Part shown: in pieces, positions 50,151-63,044 of the stretch | How the letters are laid out: every line of letters starts with the position of its first letter | Position numbering within the stretch: the first letter of the stretch is position 1 | Source: Puccinia triticina | Taxonomy: Eukaryota | Direction of reading: 5' to 3' | NCBI GenBank assembly: GCA_026914245.1 | Contig: CP110440.1 | Location: 2,108,001-2,172,000 of the forward strand | DNA length: 64,000 nt | The notes under the pieces: generated by a model | What the model was told of the DNA's origin: nothing | Databases searched by the model: none | What the model saw: the letters and a program-made list of their open reading frames with translations, nothing else | Translations under genes and position numbers: made by a program

Positions 50151-51957
50151 CTGATATAAAGAAATCTATCAAAACCACAGTTTTGTGAAAAAAAATCAAG
50201 GGTTCCCCCTACAATTGGGACAAAATTTACAAAAAAATAACAGGGTTTTCCCAACAAGACAACAAAGTACAAAAAAATTGAACGGGTTTCCCCGCTAAAT
50301 AAATACAGGAATTACAAGCAGTGAGACAGGCTAAATCCAAAATAAAATCTCAACCAGCAACCCAGCCCAACACCAGCCATAGATGCTGCACCCAGGCCCA
50401 CATTGCTGCCCAACTCACCGGGAGGGACAAACAACATGTAGGGGAAGGCCCCCTGCAGCGCCAGTGGCAGAACACATAACGGGGGGACAGCTCTTTAACC
50501 CCCCAGGCTGTGCAAATTCATATGCAGCAGCGGGGGAGTGTGAGATGCACCGTCAGCTGGAATTACAGCAAAAAAAAATGCACCTGGGGGACAAACAGTT
50601 GGCCAGAGCTCAGCTTTATATATCCAAGTCCATTTGCTGGAATCTGGATTTCAGTCCAACCCAGTACGGTCACAACAGCAACACCCCAGCAACAGCACCA
50701 CTGCCACGGACAAAAAAGCAGCTGCCACATAAATCCAACAACAATGTCTGTTCTATATACACCACTGCCCTGGTGATATGTATGTATAAATGCAGGGTTC
50801 TCTGCTTCTTTGTAAGTTCTTATTTCTACCCAACCCACCCAGTCAAATCAAAAAGCCTCCGCTAACCATGTCAACGCACCCTACCTAAGCCATGTACATT
50901 TGCTTCCACAGTTGATTTTTCCTCCGCTTGCTCCTGCACAATGAGTCCTCAGCTGGCATCCAGACCACCGCCGCCGCGGCAGTTAACTCAACTTGAAGCC
51001 TCAACCTGCCCATCCCCTCCAGTTCTGCCCTTTCCCAGCTCCATCTTCCATTATTGTTTAATTGTCAGTTTCTTGGCATGTTGAGTCTTCAGGGGTTTTA
51101 ACATCAATGGGAATTTAGCCCAAGATGCGTAAGGGCAAGTCTAGCCAATTTTTTGACAAGATTGCCAAAAATAAAATTGCTGATACTCTTTCAACACACG
51201 CTGGCCAATACACAACTTCAGATGGCTCAATTTCATTGACGCTTTACACAATTCTCCCCATTACGTACAGCATGCCCTATCTGATCATATACCCTCGGAC
51301 ATTGCTTGGAAATTATGGGTGAAGTATGAGGTAAAAAAGCTGTGAGTTGCGGATACAATTTTTGAAGTTCTAGATCATCCAGACTTCAACTTATGCATCA
51401 TACAACTTCATAGGACTGTGTTCTTCATTCTGATATCTCCTTTAACTGTTGGGGCCTTGTGGATCTGGGCTCCCACTGATTTTAATTTATATTGAACAGA
51501 AGCACCATTCCCAGCCCAAATCACCTTCAGGTCTTGCCCCCAACAATCTACCGGCCTATAATAATCCCGCGGCAATCAAATTCCGCTTGAACCAGGTGTT
51601 CTGGTTTGAGAACTGAAGCTGGGATGACATCTGGAAAGAAAATATGCGCGAGTGGCTCGCCTGGTCCCTTTTTTGCATGACCCTGGGAGAGGACCAGTTT
51701 GAAGATACCCATATGGAGCTCAAGCCGTTGACGCGCTTGTAAGGTTTCTGTCAATACGGAGAGCTCCTGAGCTATATTTCCAAAGAACCATGGCGCGCAA
51801 CAAGCCCATCGTAATCTTCTTCCAGCCATCCATATTGTCAGTCTACTTTACCACAGCCCTCTTTCAGCCAGTCCAAGCTAACCAACCCCTGTCCTCCTTT
51901 TAGAAAAGAAGTCTTTTCTTCTCAGAACCTGAAACCCCTGAGCAAAGAGGCCCTGTC

Positions 51958-54900
51958 TGTTAAAATACTGCGTCTTCCAATCATGAATACGCAGTAAATC
52001 CTTCCAATTCTCACACGCATCGTGAATATCCCCAATCATAACCTAACCCAATCTTTCCCCCGCCAACAAAACAACCGCTTTGACCAAAGGCCTTGCTAGT
52101 CTGTTCCTCACGTGCAAAAATCATTAAGAAGTGAGGAAGAGACTAGTAAGCAAAATTTCCACCCCCCCCCCCCCCATCCCTCAAGTCATCAAAATTGTCA
52201 AACAACCACTAACCTCAATTTTTTGCCCTTCATTCAATTTTTTTCCGTTTTATTCCTTTTCATCACATACATAGAAAATAAATCTCTTGCACACGTCCCT
52301 CGCCATTCCCAATAAATCAAAATCACACTGCGCTCATCGCAGGTATGCCAATAACCATTTTTCTTACTTGTTATCTTTATTCTTATTCTCAACGTTATCA
52401 ATCTGATCATTTTGTTACTACCTCATCTCTTTTTGTTTAATTGTTATACCTTTTTTGCTGCAGGTGTGTTATCGTTCAAATACCGTCGTGTCGTTGCTTC
52501 AGCTTGTTTACAGGATTTCCATCTCTTCTATAAGGTGTCATCTCTGTTCTCCACAATCCCTGATAGAATCATATCAAAAATTTACATGGTAGCGAGAGTC
52601 CTAAATGGCCGACCAAACTAATCAGAACCAACCTCAAGGCCAATCACAATCACAAGGTCAAGGAGAAAGAGAAACAACAGAACAAGCACGCGAACAACTT
52701 TGGATCCGAAACGCACAAAAGCTAGCGACCAAGAATGCGCTCAACAGAGGAGGACTTGTCCTTGGAGCTGATCAAGCCCACGCATTTGCAATGTCATCCA
52801 CTCTGAATAAAGTCAAAGGGATCAATGAACTGACCGACAGTAACTACACAACTTGGGCCTGTCAGTTGGGAGGAGCTCTAAACTCGATATTCTTAGCCAA
52901 TTACATTCTGGACACTAGTTTCTTGGATTTAGGAGTCGAACCAGCCATCAATGAAATCAATCAATGTTGCATAATAGAATTCATATTTTCTCGTATGGAT
53001 GAAACTAATGCAGCAAGGTTCCGGACAGCTTTAAAAGACGTTGAAATACCACTCATCAGAGAAATGATTGATCCAACAGACGAAAAACTTGAAGAAGATC
53101 CCGATGTGCAGCCACGCCCGGGAAGGATGGTTCCAGCCATGAAGCAAGGACCAGCACATCTATGGACTGTTGTCCAAGAATATCACCGAGCAGATAATGA
53201 AGCAACATTATACCTAGTCCAAAACAAGATTGAAAATTTTAAACAAGATTTCAAAACTTCGATCTTGACACACATCAACAGCTTTCTAAAACTGAAGAAC
53301 GAGTTTTTCAACAGAGGAGGAACTTTAGATGAATCAATTATGGGACGACGACTTCTATACTCGATGCACTCATCACATTCTACTGAAGTAAGACACATTC
53401 TCCAAAACGTTAAGCCAATAACCACTCAAAACGTCATACGATCATTGAAGCAATATGAAGACAAAAATGATGAATTCAAATTTTCTGGAACCGGGAAACT
53501 AAGCAACGGAATCAACAGCCTGAAGATTGCCGGCAATACATCAAGATCAAGTCAATCAGACCGAATCAAATGCACAATCAACAAATGTCAAGCCCCACAC
53601 CCCGCCTCTAAATGTTTTAAACGGCCAGAAAACACCAAAGCTGAACGTGAATGGTTTGAAAGTCAAGGACTAAATGCGCCAAAGGACCGCGCAAATGTTG
53701 CCAAGCCAAAATATGAAGCAACACCAGAACGCACCTTACAATCCAAATCTTCCAAACCAGTCCAAATAGCTAGTCACACCGGTACCCCAACTGTGGCGAA
53801 GAAGAAAAAGAACTACGTCTTTATGGCGTACGGGAACAAAGTCAATACTGTTCATCCAAAGTTCAAAGCCATATGGGATACTGGGGCATCCAGTCATATG
53901 TTCAATGACTATCTATTCTTTCATAACATCAAGAACAACTCTAAGATCAACGATACAATTTTGACCGCCGGATCTCAAGAACTAAAGGTTGAAGCTCACG
54001 GTGATGTTGTTATTGAAGGAATTAAAATTGAAAAATTCACTCTCAGCGATTCCCTTTATGTTCCATCCCTGAGAAACAACCTCATTGCGGCCGGTGCTCT
54101 CAAGCAGAAAGGAGCAATTGAAGTTCAAGACCCGAGCGACTTTTCTAAATTCATCGTGGCGTTTGAAGACAAAACATTCTTGCGCGGTCAATACGTTAAC
54201 AACCTCATGGTGGTTAGAATTGAACCGGTCAGCAATATTCATGATTCCTCAAATGAAAAAAAAAACTCAGCTGAAAACTTTGCATCCAACATAGATCACA
54301 ACTGCCTAGGTCATCTTAACCCGACGTACCTAAGAAAGACGATCAATACCGGGGATCAGACGGATGACACTTGCAAAACTTGCAGGCTAAGTAAATCCAC
54401 AAAGTTACCCCTGACTGGAACAAAGCCCTACTCCCGCCATCCACTAGACAACATACATATTGATCTTAGTGGCATCATTCGAATTCCTTGTATTTTCGAC
54501 TATTCATATCTCATGTTGATTGTTGACGAATATACTAGAATGAATTTTATTATTTTCTTGAAATCAAAAACTAAGGAAGAAGTCTTTGCTGCAATACAAT
54601 CTTTCATAACCCGTGCCAAGAGACATTGCGACAGAAAAGTGAAAATGATAACTACAGATGGAGGCGGCGAGTTCCTCAACTCATTAATGATCCCTTTTTG
54701 TGAATCAATCGGCATCGTGAAGAATAATACCGCACTGTACACACCACAAAAAAATGGACTCGTAGAACGTTTCATGAGAACAATCTCAACTAAAGCCAGA
54801 TCGATTTTAATTCACAGCGGCATATCCAGTCAATTTTGGAGCCTGGCGTGTGAGGCTGCTGTATTCATCCAAAATCAAATATTCAATAAATCCTGTAACG

Positions 54901-57795
54901 GCTTCCCTGAGTTGGCGTATGAACTGTGGTACAGTTATAAACCTAATCTTCAATACATCAAAAATTTTGGATGTCTCGCGTTCATCCACAATCGGAAATC
55001 TGAAATGGATCACAAATTCAGTCCAACTTCCAGGAAAGGATTCCTCGTTGGCTTCAACAAATTCAACAGAAATTACATGATCTTTGATTACAAAAGTCAT
55101 CAAATAATCAACACCCATGATGTGACTTTTGACAAGACCAAATTCCCTGAAAGAGGTGGGAATGAGCCAGAAGACTTCATTATAATCAAAGAAGAGGAAG
55201 AATATATGGCAAAAACACCAATGGAAACTACCCCCAAGTCAAGGCTCACAGAAGAAGAAGATGCATCTGATTCAGAAGCGAAACCCACTACCATCAATCC
55301 AGTCATACCCACTAGCATCAGGGTAATCCCGCCAAAACCTCCAATTGATCATCCTGATAACCCTAATTACGTTCGTCGATTGTCAAGAATAAGTCAACTA
55401 CCAAACAGAGCATACTTGACGTTGAACTCAATGCAATGTAACCGTACAGGCATTTCTGATCCCAAGTTCGAGCCAAAGCAATTCAAGGACATTTTCAACT
55501 CCGACTTCAAACGTCAATGGTTGGAAGCATGCAAAAAGGAAATTAAAGGAATGCACAATAAAAGGGTATACAGCCTCAAAACACGTCCTAAAAATTGGAA
55601 GGTTATCAAAGGGCATTGGGTTTTCAAGGTCAAAATGCTCCCAGACGGTAATATTTCAAAATACAAAGCCCGATTTGTTGCTAAAGGTTATACTCAGGAG
55701 GAAAGGGTCAATTACAAACAAACCTTTTCACCCACAGGAAAGCCATCTTCACTTTGTCTAATTGTTGCTCTAGCCACCAAGAACAACTGGGCAATTGAAC
55801 AGATGGACGCGGTTGCAGCTTTCCTTAACAGCAATCTCAATGAAGAAATATACATGAGGCAACCCAAAGGTTTCGAGGAAGGTGGAAAGGACATGATATG
55901 GCGTCTACATAAATCAATCTATGGACTAAAACAATCTGCAAGACTGTGGCATATCAAAGTCAAAAAACACCTGAAGACTATTGGTTTTGTGAAGACTGAG
56001 GCCGACTCCTGCGTATTCTATTGGCTCAGACACGGCAAGCAAAGTATCTTATACCTACACGTAGATGGTATGATTATCACCGGCGATGAAATATCCGTGC
56101 TAAAGGAGGAAATCAAGACTAAATGGGCTATGGAAGACCTAGGAATAGCAAAATTCGCTGTCGGTATTGAGATCAGCCGTGATGAAGAAGGAAATTATTC
56201 ACTCCACCAAAAAAGCATGATTCTGAACGTACTAGAGAGATTCAACATGTCAAACTGTCGCCCTGCAAACACTCCTTTCAGATATAACGTCAAACTTGTC
56301 AAATCAACTGATGAAGAATTGTGATCTTTCACGGATAAGAATCAACAATACAGGAAAGCCGTCGGTTCTCTCATGTATATTGCTATTTGCACTCGTCCCG
56401 ACATAAGTTTTTCTGTCGGTTTACTCTCACGTTTCCTTGATAAACCAAATCAGAAACACTGGGACGCATTTATCCATGTACTTGGATACCTCAAATCAAC
56501 CGCTGATTTCCAAATAACATACCAATCTCAACGTGGTGAAGAATTGTCTGCCAACCCAGCATGGAATTTTCCTGAAGTCTCTAGCAATGCGGATTAGGCA
56601 GGCAATAAATCAACTCTTCAATCAACAACCGGCTACGTCTTCAAATTCATGAACGGTGCCATCAGCTGGCGCAGCAGACTACAACCAACTGTAGCCCTAT
56701 CATCCACAGAAGCCAAATACCGTGTGATTACTGAAGCTGGACAAGAAGCACTATGGATAATAAAACTGATGAAAGAACTCAAAGTACCTGTCCCAATTCC
56801 TCTAGAACTCATTTGTGACAACCTCAGCGCCATCCATTTAGCTCAAAACCCGGTACACCATGGTCAAATTAAACACGTTGCAATTGAACGTCATTGGATC
56901 AGTGAACATGTTCACAAAGGCACTTTCAAGATGAAACACGTATATACTTCAAGCATGATTGCCAATATTCTCACAAAGAACCTAGGAAAAGTTCCCTTTG
57001 CGAAATTCCAACACATGATCGGATTGAAAGATGGCGTTCAAATTGAGGGGGACTGTTAAAATACTGCGTCTTCCAATTATGAATATGCAGTAAATCCTTC
57101 CAATTCTCACGCGCATCATGAATATCCCCAATCTTTCCCCCGCCAACAAAACAACCGCTTCGACCAAAGGCCTTGCTAGTCTGTTCCTCACGTGCAAAAA
57201 TCATTAAGAAATGAGGAAGAGACTAGTAAGCAAAATTTCCACCCCCCCCCCCCATCCCTCAAGTCATCAAAATTGTCAAACAACCACTAACCTCAATTTT
57301 TTTTCCTTCATTCAATTTTTTTTCCTTCATTCAATTTTTTTTCCTTCATTCAATTTTTTTTTCCTTCATTCAATTTTTTTTTCCGTTTTATTCCTTTTCA
57401 TCACATACATAGAAAATAAATCTCTTGCGCACGTCCCTCACCATTCCCAATAAATCAAAATCACACTGCACTCATCGCAGGTATGCCAATTACCATTTTT
57501 CTTACTTTTTATCTTTATTCTTATTCTCAACGTTATCAATCTGATCATTTTGTTACTACCTCATCTCTTCTTGTTTAATTGTCATATCTCTTTTGCTGCA
57601 GGTGTGTTATTGTTCAAATACCGTTGTGTTGTTGCTTCAGCTTGTTTACAGGATTTTCATCTCTTCTAATCGGTGTGTTATCGTTCAAATACCGTAGTGT
57701 CATTGCTTCAGCTTGTTTACAGGATTTCCATCTCTTCTATAAGGTGTCATCTCTGTTCTCCAAAATCCCTGATCAAATCATATCAAAAATTTACA
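51958..57795 (+). mobile_element. Full-length Copia LTR retrotransposon
   Basis: LTRs 51958-52586 and 57054-57795; PBS tggtagcgagag at 52587; PPT gagggggac; TSD ctgtc/ctggc. Confidence 0.96.
52605..57059 (+). pseudogene. Copia gag-pol polyprotein with two premature stops
   Basis: WDTGASSHM protease, TDGGGEF and NGLVER integrase, YKARFVAKGY RT, catalytic motif decayed to HVDG; stops at 56322 and 56595. Confidence 0.95.
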
Positions 57796-59427
57796 CTGGC
57801 CACCAATGTGATCCAACTGATTTATCCAAGTTTATTAAAGACACAGTTTTTCCAAAATCACAAAAAAAAAAGATCAAGGGTTCCCCCTATAAATACAAAA
57901 ACCAGAAGAAAAAAAATCAAGGGTTTCCCCCTTACAAAAAAGCAATTAACAGACCAAAAATTTTCCCTACATAAGAATACAACAATAAAAAAAAATCTCA
58001 ACCCAGCCTTCCAACATCAGCAATTCTGTGCCCACAGGCTCGCCCCCCAGCCTGCGTCAAGTGCACAGGTCAAAAGGGATGGACGTGAAGGCCCCCAGCC
58101 CGCAGCAAAGGGCACGGACCAGTGGGGGGCCCACTCTTTGCCCCTTGGACTGTGCATGTGCAACAGCGGAGGGGTTGAGAGCGATGGATAGCTGGAAGTG
58201 CAGCGTCTCCAATCACCCTGGGGAATCAATAACCTTGAATGCTGCCTCTCTTTTAAGCTTTTGGTCCTTCTCAGCGTTGCTAGAATCACCACAGCCATTC
58301 CCTCGACTTGCTCTGAATCAATTTCACTGTTACCCTTGCCACGACATTGTACACATCCACCGTTGCTATCTGCAACACACCGCCACACCACCCTATCATT
58401 GCCTTCCACTAACATCCCACCGTGGTGCAACGTTACTCACACTCGTACGTCACATCAGCCGTTGCTTTGCCTCCCATTTGTAACGCTCCTACGTTTTTGC
58501 AGCCAATACTGCCTTTACTAGCCTTCTCCAACCTTCGCAGTAGCTCTCAAACAACTTGGATTCTTCATTGGCCTGTCACAAGTTTTCTCAAACCCATGAT
58601 CTGCCAGCGTCTCAAAGATGTTTTTCCTCAGTATTGTGATCCCGTTCTACATAAGAAATTGGATGGGACATTATGCTGGAGTTAACATCTTCTAGAGCTG
58701 GTGTTTCAAGGTTTCATGGCTACCTAAGCATTCTAACATGCTCACTTCTTTTTCATCTAGCTGAGTTTTTGGGTTTGTCACCACTAACAACTTCTCTCTG
58801 AGTTTTTGCTCTAGAACGTGCAAGCCCCCAGATAGCTCGCTTAATTTATTGACACATTCTTGGGATGTCCACTCTGGCTGTCGCTTCTCACCTGGTACTT
58901 GCTGCGGGATGCAGCGTTGCAGCTCCCCGCAGCAAGTGCGGGAGGAGAGGAAGTAAAGGGGAATCCCTTTACTGCCCTTGACCAGGGAAGAGAAATTAGG
59001 AAGCTTTTTTTGTTTCTTTTCCCTGCAAACACCAGAAAGTGAGGGGTTCAGGTGCCAGCCCACAAACTCAGGATTTTTGGGAGAGCCTGAGCCGCACGTG
59101 AACCCCCAACACTCTCAGCAAAAACCAGAGGCAAAACCGCAGAAACAATACAAAAGCATTCCTACTCTAAAAACCCTTCCTCTCTAGTCTCCTCACTCCA
59201 AAACAGTGCATACCAGGTGGGTGCACCGAGCCAACGCGCACATAGAAGGTCCTGATGCCCGAAGGCCTAGGGGAGGTTTGTCAGCTGGAACCATGCGAGA
59301 GAACAGAGTGAATTGTAGCTCTTCTTCCACTAGTTTGAATTACAATGGCCTAAATGGCTAGCCCTGTTGGGAGTGCGTTCCGTGGCGCGACCCGTTGGGA
59401 ACATTTGTGGATAAGATAAATTACCAC

Positions 59428-61214
59428 TGTGGTAACCCTGTTCTAACTCATATCACCATTCTCATATCATACATATCCCTCACATATCCATCATTATTAT
59501 TCCAGATTCAGATTCTACACCTCATTTTACCCCTAGTCACTCACTCATACCACCCTGAAATTCCCTTTGGATCAGAAGTTATTAGCATATACAGTTTCAT
59601 TGGTATTTCTCTGCTTCTTACATTTCATCTACATTACATATTCCAGTCATCATCACCATAGCTACATATATTACACATTACATATCTCACTCACTATACA
59701 TAGACATCTCATAGTGCTCATCATTACTTCACTTCATCATTACATTTCATCATTGCTCATCTTCAGACCTTGTTACATTGTGCTCATCATGATTTCCCCT
59801 TGTTGTATTTCCTCACATATATACTCCCCTCTAGATGTTGTATCCCCGGAGAGACATGCACATGCACTTTCTACCCCATACACCCTGTATGACCTTTTCA
59901 CCACACCATTAGATAAAATTGCCATTCACACATCTTATACACTTTCACACATACCAGAAATATATCCCCCTGCATATATCATTCACATTTGCACACCACC
60001 TTTCATCTTTTTCCCCACTACTCCTGTCAGCCTGTATGTAACTAACCGTGTCTGAGAGGGTTGTTACTATCAAGATGATGGTGTAAGATGCCAAGGATGG
60101 GCCAATGGGTTCGTGGTAAGACCTGTAAAAGGTTTCACTCTATCAGTAATCTTGACTGAGAGGCTTGCTCAATTAAGGCGCATCCAGATCAACACAGGGT
60201 GTTAATAGGCATCCAAGGAATAACTCAACTTGGGTTCGTGGTTTTACCTACAGAAAGGTAAGGGTAATCAAGAGTTGAGAGTATTCCTGAATTGAAAGAT
60301 GGGTGAGAATGAAGGCACTGTTTAACTATGTATGTGTTAAACCTTGCTATAATAATATTCTGAGGGATAAGCAGTCCTGGGGGGCGTGTTTATATATAGA
60401 AGGGAATGAGCAGGAGGGAACATGAGGCGCTTGGAGGCGCTTCAGGACCAGGGGGGAACTGGAAGCGCTCAAGGGAAGCAGATCCTCATGAGGATCAAAA
60501 TTGGAAATGATCAGGGCAGTGTAATGATCAGTACTGATCCTGGATCAGTAGCTGTGTACACTAGCTGATCATAACCAATCATTGATTCCATTCAGTGCTC
60601 TTTGAATTGGATTACATCATGTATTGTTTATGTATTTATATCATAACCAATATGTTATGTAAATAGGTACTGAGGCGTAACAGGGGATAAATGAGTGATA
60701 CCTGTCTTGGTGTATTTCACGTGTACAGTAATATTACAATGTATTGTAATCTTACTGTTGCACGTAACTTAACTCTCATAACAGCAGTACATTATGGTAA
60801 CTGTATTTAACTATGGTTATCTGTAATGTAATGTATAACAGGAGTACATTCTTAAGCTTGTATCTAATGATATACATATGTAATAAAGGCGTAAAACGGA
60901 ATGTACTATATGTAATGTGAACAATTGCAGGTACTTGGTACGTGTAAGGTACTGTGACATGTACTCTGTGGCTGACAACTCCTCCTCTCCTCATACCCTA
61001 CAGGTACAAGTAGTCAGCTCATAGTATTATTCAGTCTAAGATCATAGTAGAAAAGCCACACCTTTCTTCTTTTTCTTAGTGTTACACTCATACCCAGTAG
61101 TATTAGTCAGGAAGGCAGCTCTTATATCAGCATCCTTGGCATAGCTTACATTAGTACTAGTGTAGTTATACATTTCCCTTCCCAGCTCTATTCTCCCATT
61201 TGAGTAGTTCCACA
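59428..61214. mobile_element. Solo LTR (family E) hosting a nested LTR
   Basis: tgtggtaac...gttccaca ends; 4-bp TSD ccac/ccgc. Confidence 0.7.
60025..60977. mobile_element. Solo LTR (family C)
   Basis: tgtcagcc...ggctgaca ends; 5-bp TSD actcc. Confidence 0.92.
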
Positions 61215-61256
61215 CCGCCAAAAACAAACCACACTGTGCGCTACAGCCAGACGCCA

Positions 61257-62894
61257 TCAGGCGTGGAACAGAAGTGGGGATAGATTGTCTGGGATGCAGA
61301 ACCAGACCCTATCCGAAACATGGTGCCCGTTTTGACTGCTGTGAGACAGACTGTCCGCGCCGTTCTCCTTGGAGACGACCCGTTTCGGTGTCACGTATAG
61401 CTGCACCTCCACGAGGAGGGCTTGGATGATCTTCCACTCCTCGTTCACATGGGTGTCCCGTGACTTGCGAGCCACTAAGACGCTCTCTGTGGTAGTATTG
61501 TCGGTCCAAATGACGAAATTCAAACCTCGGACAACCCAGCTGAATTCATGAAGCATTAGGATGCCGATGCGGATGGCAACGGTTTCTGCCCAGGCGATTG
61601 TCCTGTGAGGTTTGGGCCCCTCCCAGCCCTCCTTGAAACGCCGTTGGCACCAACGGCTACTGACGATAACTCCTATGCTGAAACTCGTGGAGGCGTTGCC
61701 CACCCAGCTGATCTCGACTTCTTCGGGAACTGGGACAAGTCTTGTGTGGGTGAAGTTTGTTAGTGTCTTCAGCCAGAAAAGCAGGTCTGTATTCACGTCC
61801 AGGGGTAGGGTCCTTGTGGCCCAGAATCGTTTCCACTGATTCATCCAACGGTACAAACCTCTCAGGTAACACTGGAGCTGTGGGAGGACAAAAGAGACAA
61901 GATTCAAACGACCGGCCAGCACCTCAACCTCGTTGAACCGGAAACTGGCCTTCGGGATGAGGAACACCCCTATTTGCGAGATGCGCTCCGCGAGCTTGGC
62001 CTCTGGCAGGCGAACCGTGCTATTGGCGCCATTACAAATAAAACCAATGTACTTCTGCTCCGCCGCGAAGTCAGAGCATTTGTCTTTGTTCGTCGCAACC
62101 CCGAGCGCTAAGGATTGGGAAACCACGTCTGAGATGGTGCACGGGGAATCCGGATGCTTGACAAAGAGGTTGTCGTCCACCCAGCGGAAGATCTTGACCA
62201 CCTCAAATTCTGATTCCATGAGCCTCTTCCAGGTGTCAGCGGGTTTGCCAAAAGACCCGCATCCGGCGACCCCACCAAATGTGATCCGGGTGTCCAGGTA
62301 CAAGTCTCCTTTTAGATCCTTTACCATCAGGAACGGCCACTGAGCTGGGTCCGTCGGGATTTGCCAATAGGCCTTTTCCCAGTCAAAAATGGCTAGGTTA
62401 AATGGGCCTGAGTTTTTCTTAAAGAAGGCCGCGACCGCCTTGAAGTCGTCCCAAGTCGTTTTAAACATTTCTTTGTTGACAAAGGAGTTGACGGACGGTG
62501 TGTCAGTGTTGTGCCGCGGAAATGATAAATCATTTATTGGTCTCATCTTCCCGTCCGCGTTGACGAAGGAACCGAGGGGGCTTGACCTGAAGAAAGGAAA
62601 AAATTTTGACACCTCGTTGTGTGAAAAAGGGCCAAACATCCGATTCGCCGCCACCTCTTTGGCAATTGACTTCTGGATTTTTCCTTCTGCATCCTTAGCC
62701 AAACTGTGGTTGTCTGGGGTGAACCAGTGCAAATCCCCAATCTTGTGAGACGGTATGCCCTGGTTGAAACCACACTCAAAACCTGTCAATATTTCCTCTA
62801 GTTCTGGCAACAGACCGGCTTTACCCAAAGCTTTCCTCCATTCTGGCACGTCCATCTTGCAGGAGACTGTCAAAGGCCAATGCACCCTAATCAT
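61257..62894 (-). CDS. DIRS/Ngaro-like retroelement 3: uninterrupted RT-RNase H ORF
   Basis: RPINDLSFP, FDWEKAY, TRITFGGVAGCGSFG, FRWVDDNLF, IWTDN, ADSLS; RNase H first Asp appears changed to Asn (VGNAS). Confidence 0.9.
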   Translation of the reverse strand: MIRVHWPLTVSCKMDVPEWRKALGKAGLLPELEEILTGFECGFNQGIPSHKIGDLHWFTPDNHSLAKDAEGKIQKSIAKEVAANRMFGPFSHNEVSKFFPFFRSSPLGSFVNADGKMRPINDLSFPRHNTDTPSVNSFVNKEMFKTTWDDFKAVAAFFKKNSGPFNLAIFDWEKAYWQIPTDPAQWPFLMVKDLKGDLYLDTRITFGGVAGCGSFGKPADTWKRLMESEFEVVKIFRWVDDNLFVKHPDSPCTISDVVSQSLALGVATNKDKCSDFAAEQKYIGFICNGANSTVRLPEAKLAERISQIGVFLIPKASFRFNEVEVLAGRLNLVSFVLPQLQCYLRGLYRWMNQWKRFWATRTLPLDVNTDLLFWLKTLTNFTHTRLVPVPEEVEISWVGNASTSFSIGVIVSSRWCQRRFKEGWEGPKPHRTIAWAETVAIRIGILMLHEFSWVVRGLNFVIWTDNTTTESVLVARKSRDTHVNEEWKIIQALLVEVQLYVTPKRVVSKENGADSLSHSSQNGHHVSDRVWFCIPDNLSPLLFHA

Positions 62895-63044
62895 TGGCAA
62901 CACAAGCAACGAGCAAAGAGAGAAACAAAGTTAATTGCAACAGTTAGATATGTGTAATCTTGCACAACAATTCCGTTCAGCGTTGGCTGGGCACCAACAC
63001 AAAAAATCTGAAGAAGAAAAACTGGACAAAAAAAGGGGGATTCT

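Noticed and set aside
50383..51950. Short ORFs left of the Copia element, and similarly 58017-58700
   Set aside because: No recognisable domains or consistent exon structure
61042..61257. Recombinase ORF coupled to pol by a TGATG overlap
   Set aside because: Only about 14 codons precede the LTR insertion, and the sequence beyond it looks non-coding with no recombinase motifs
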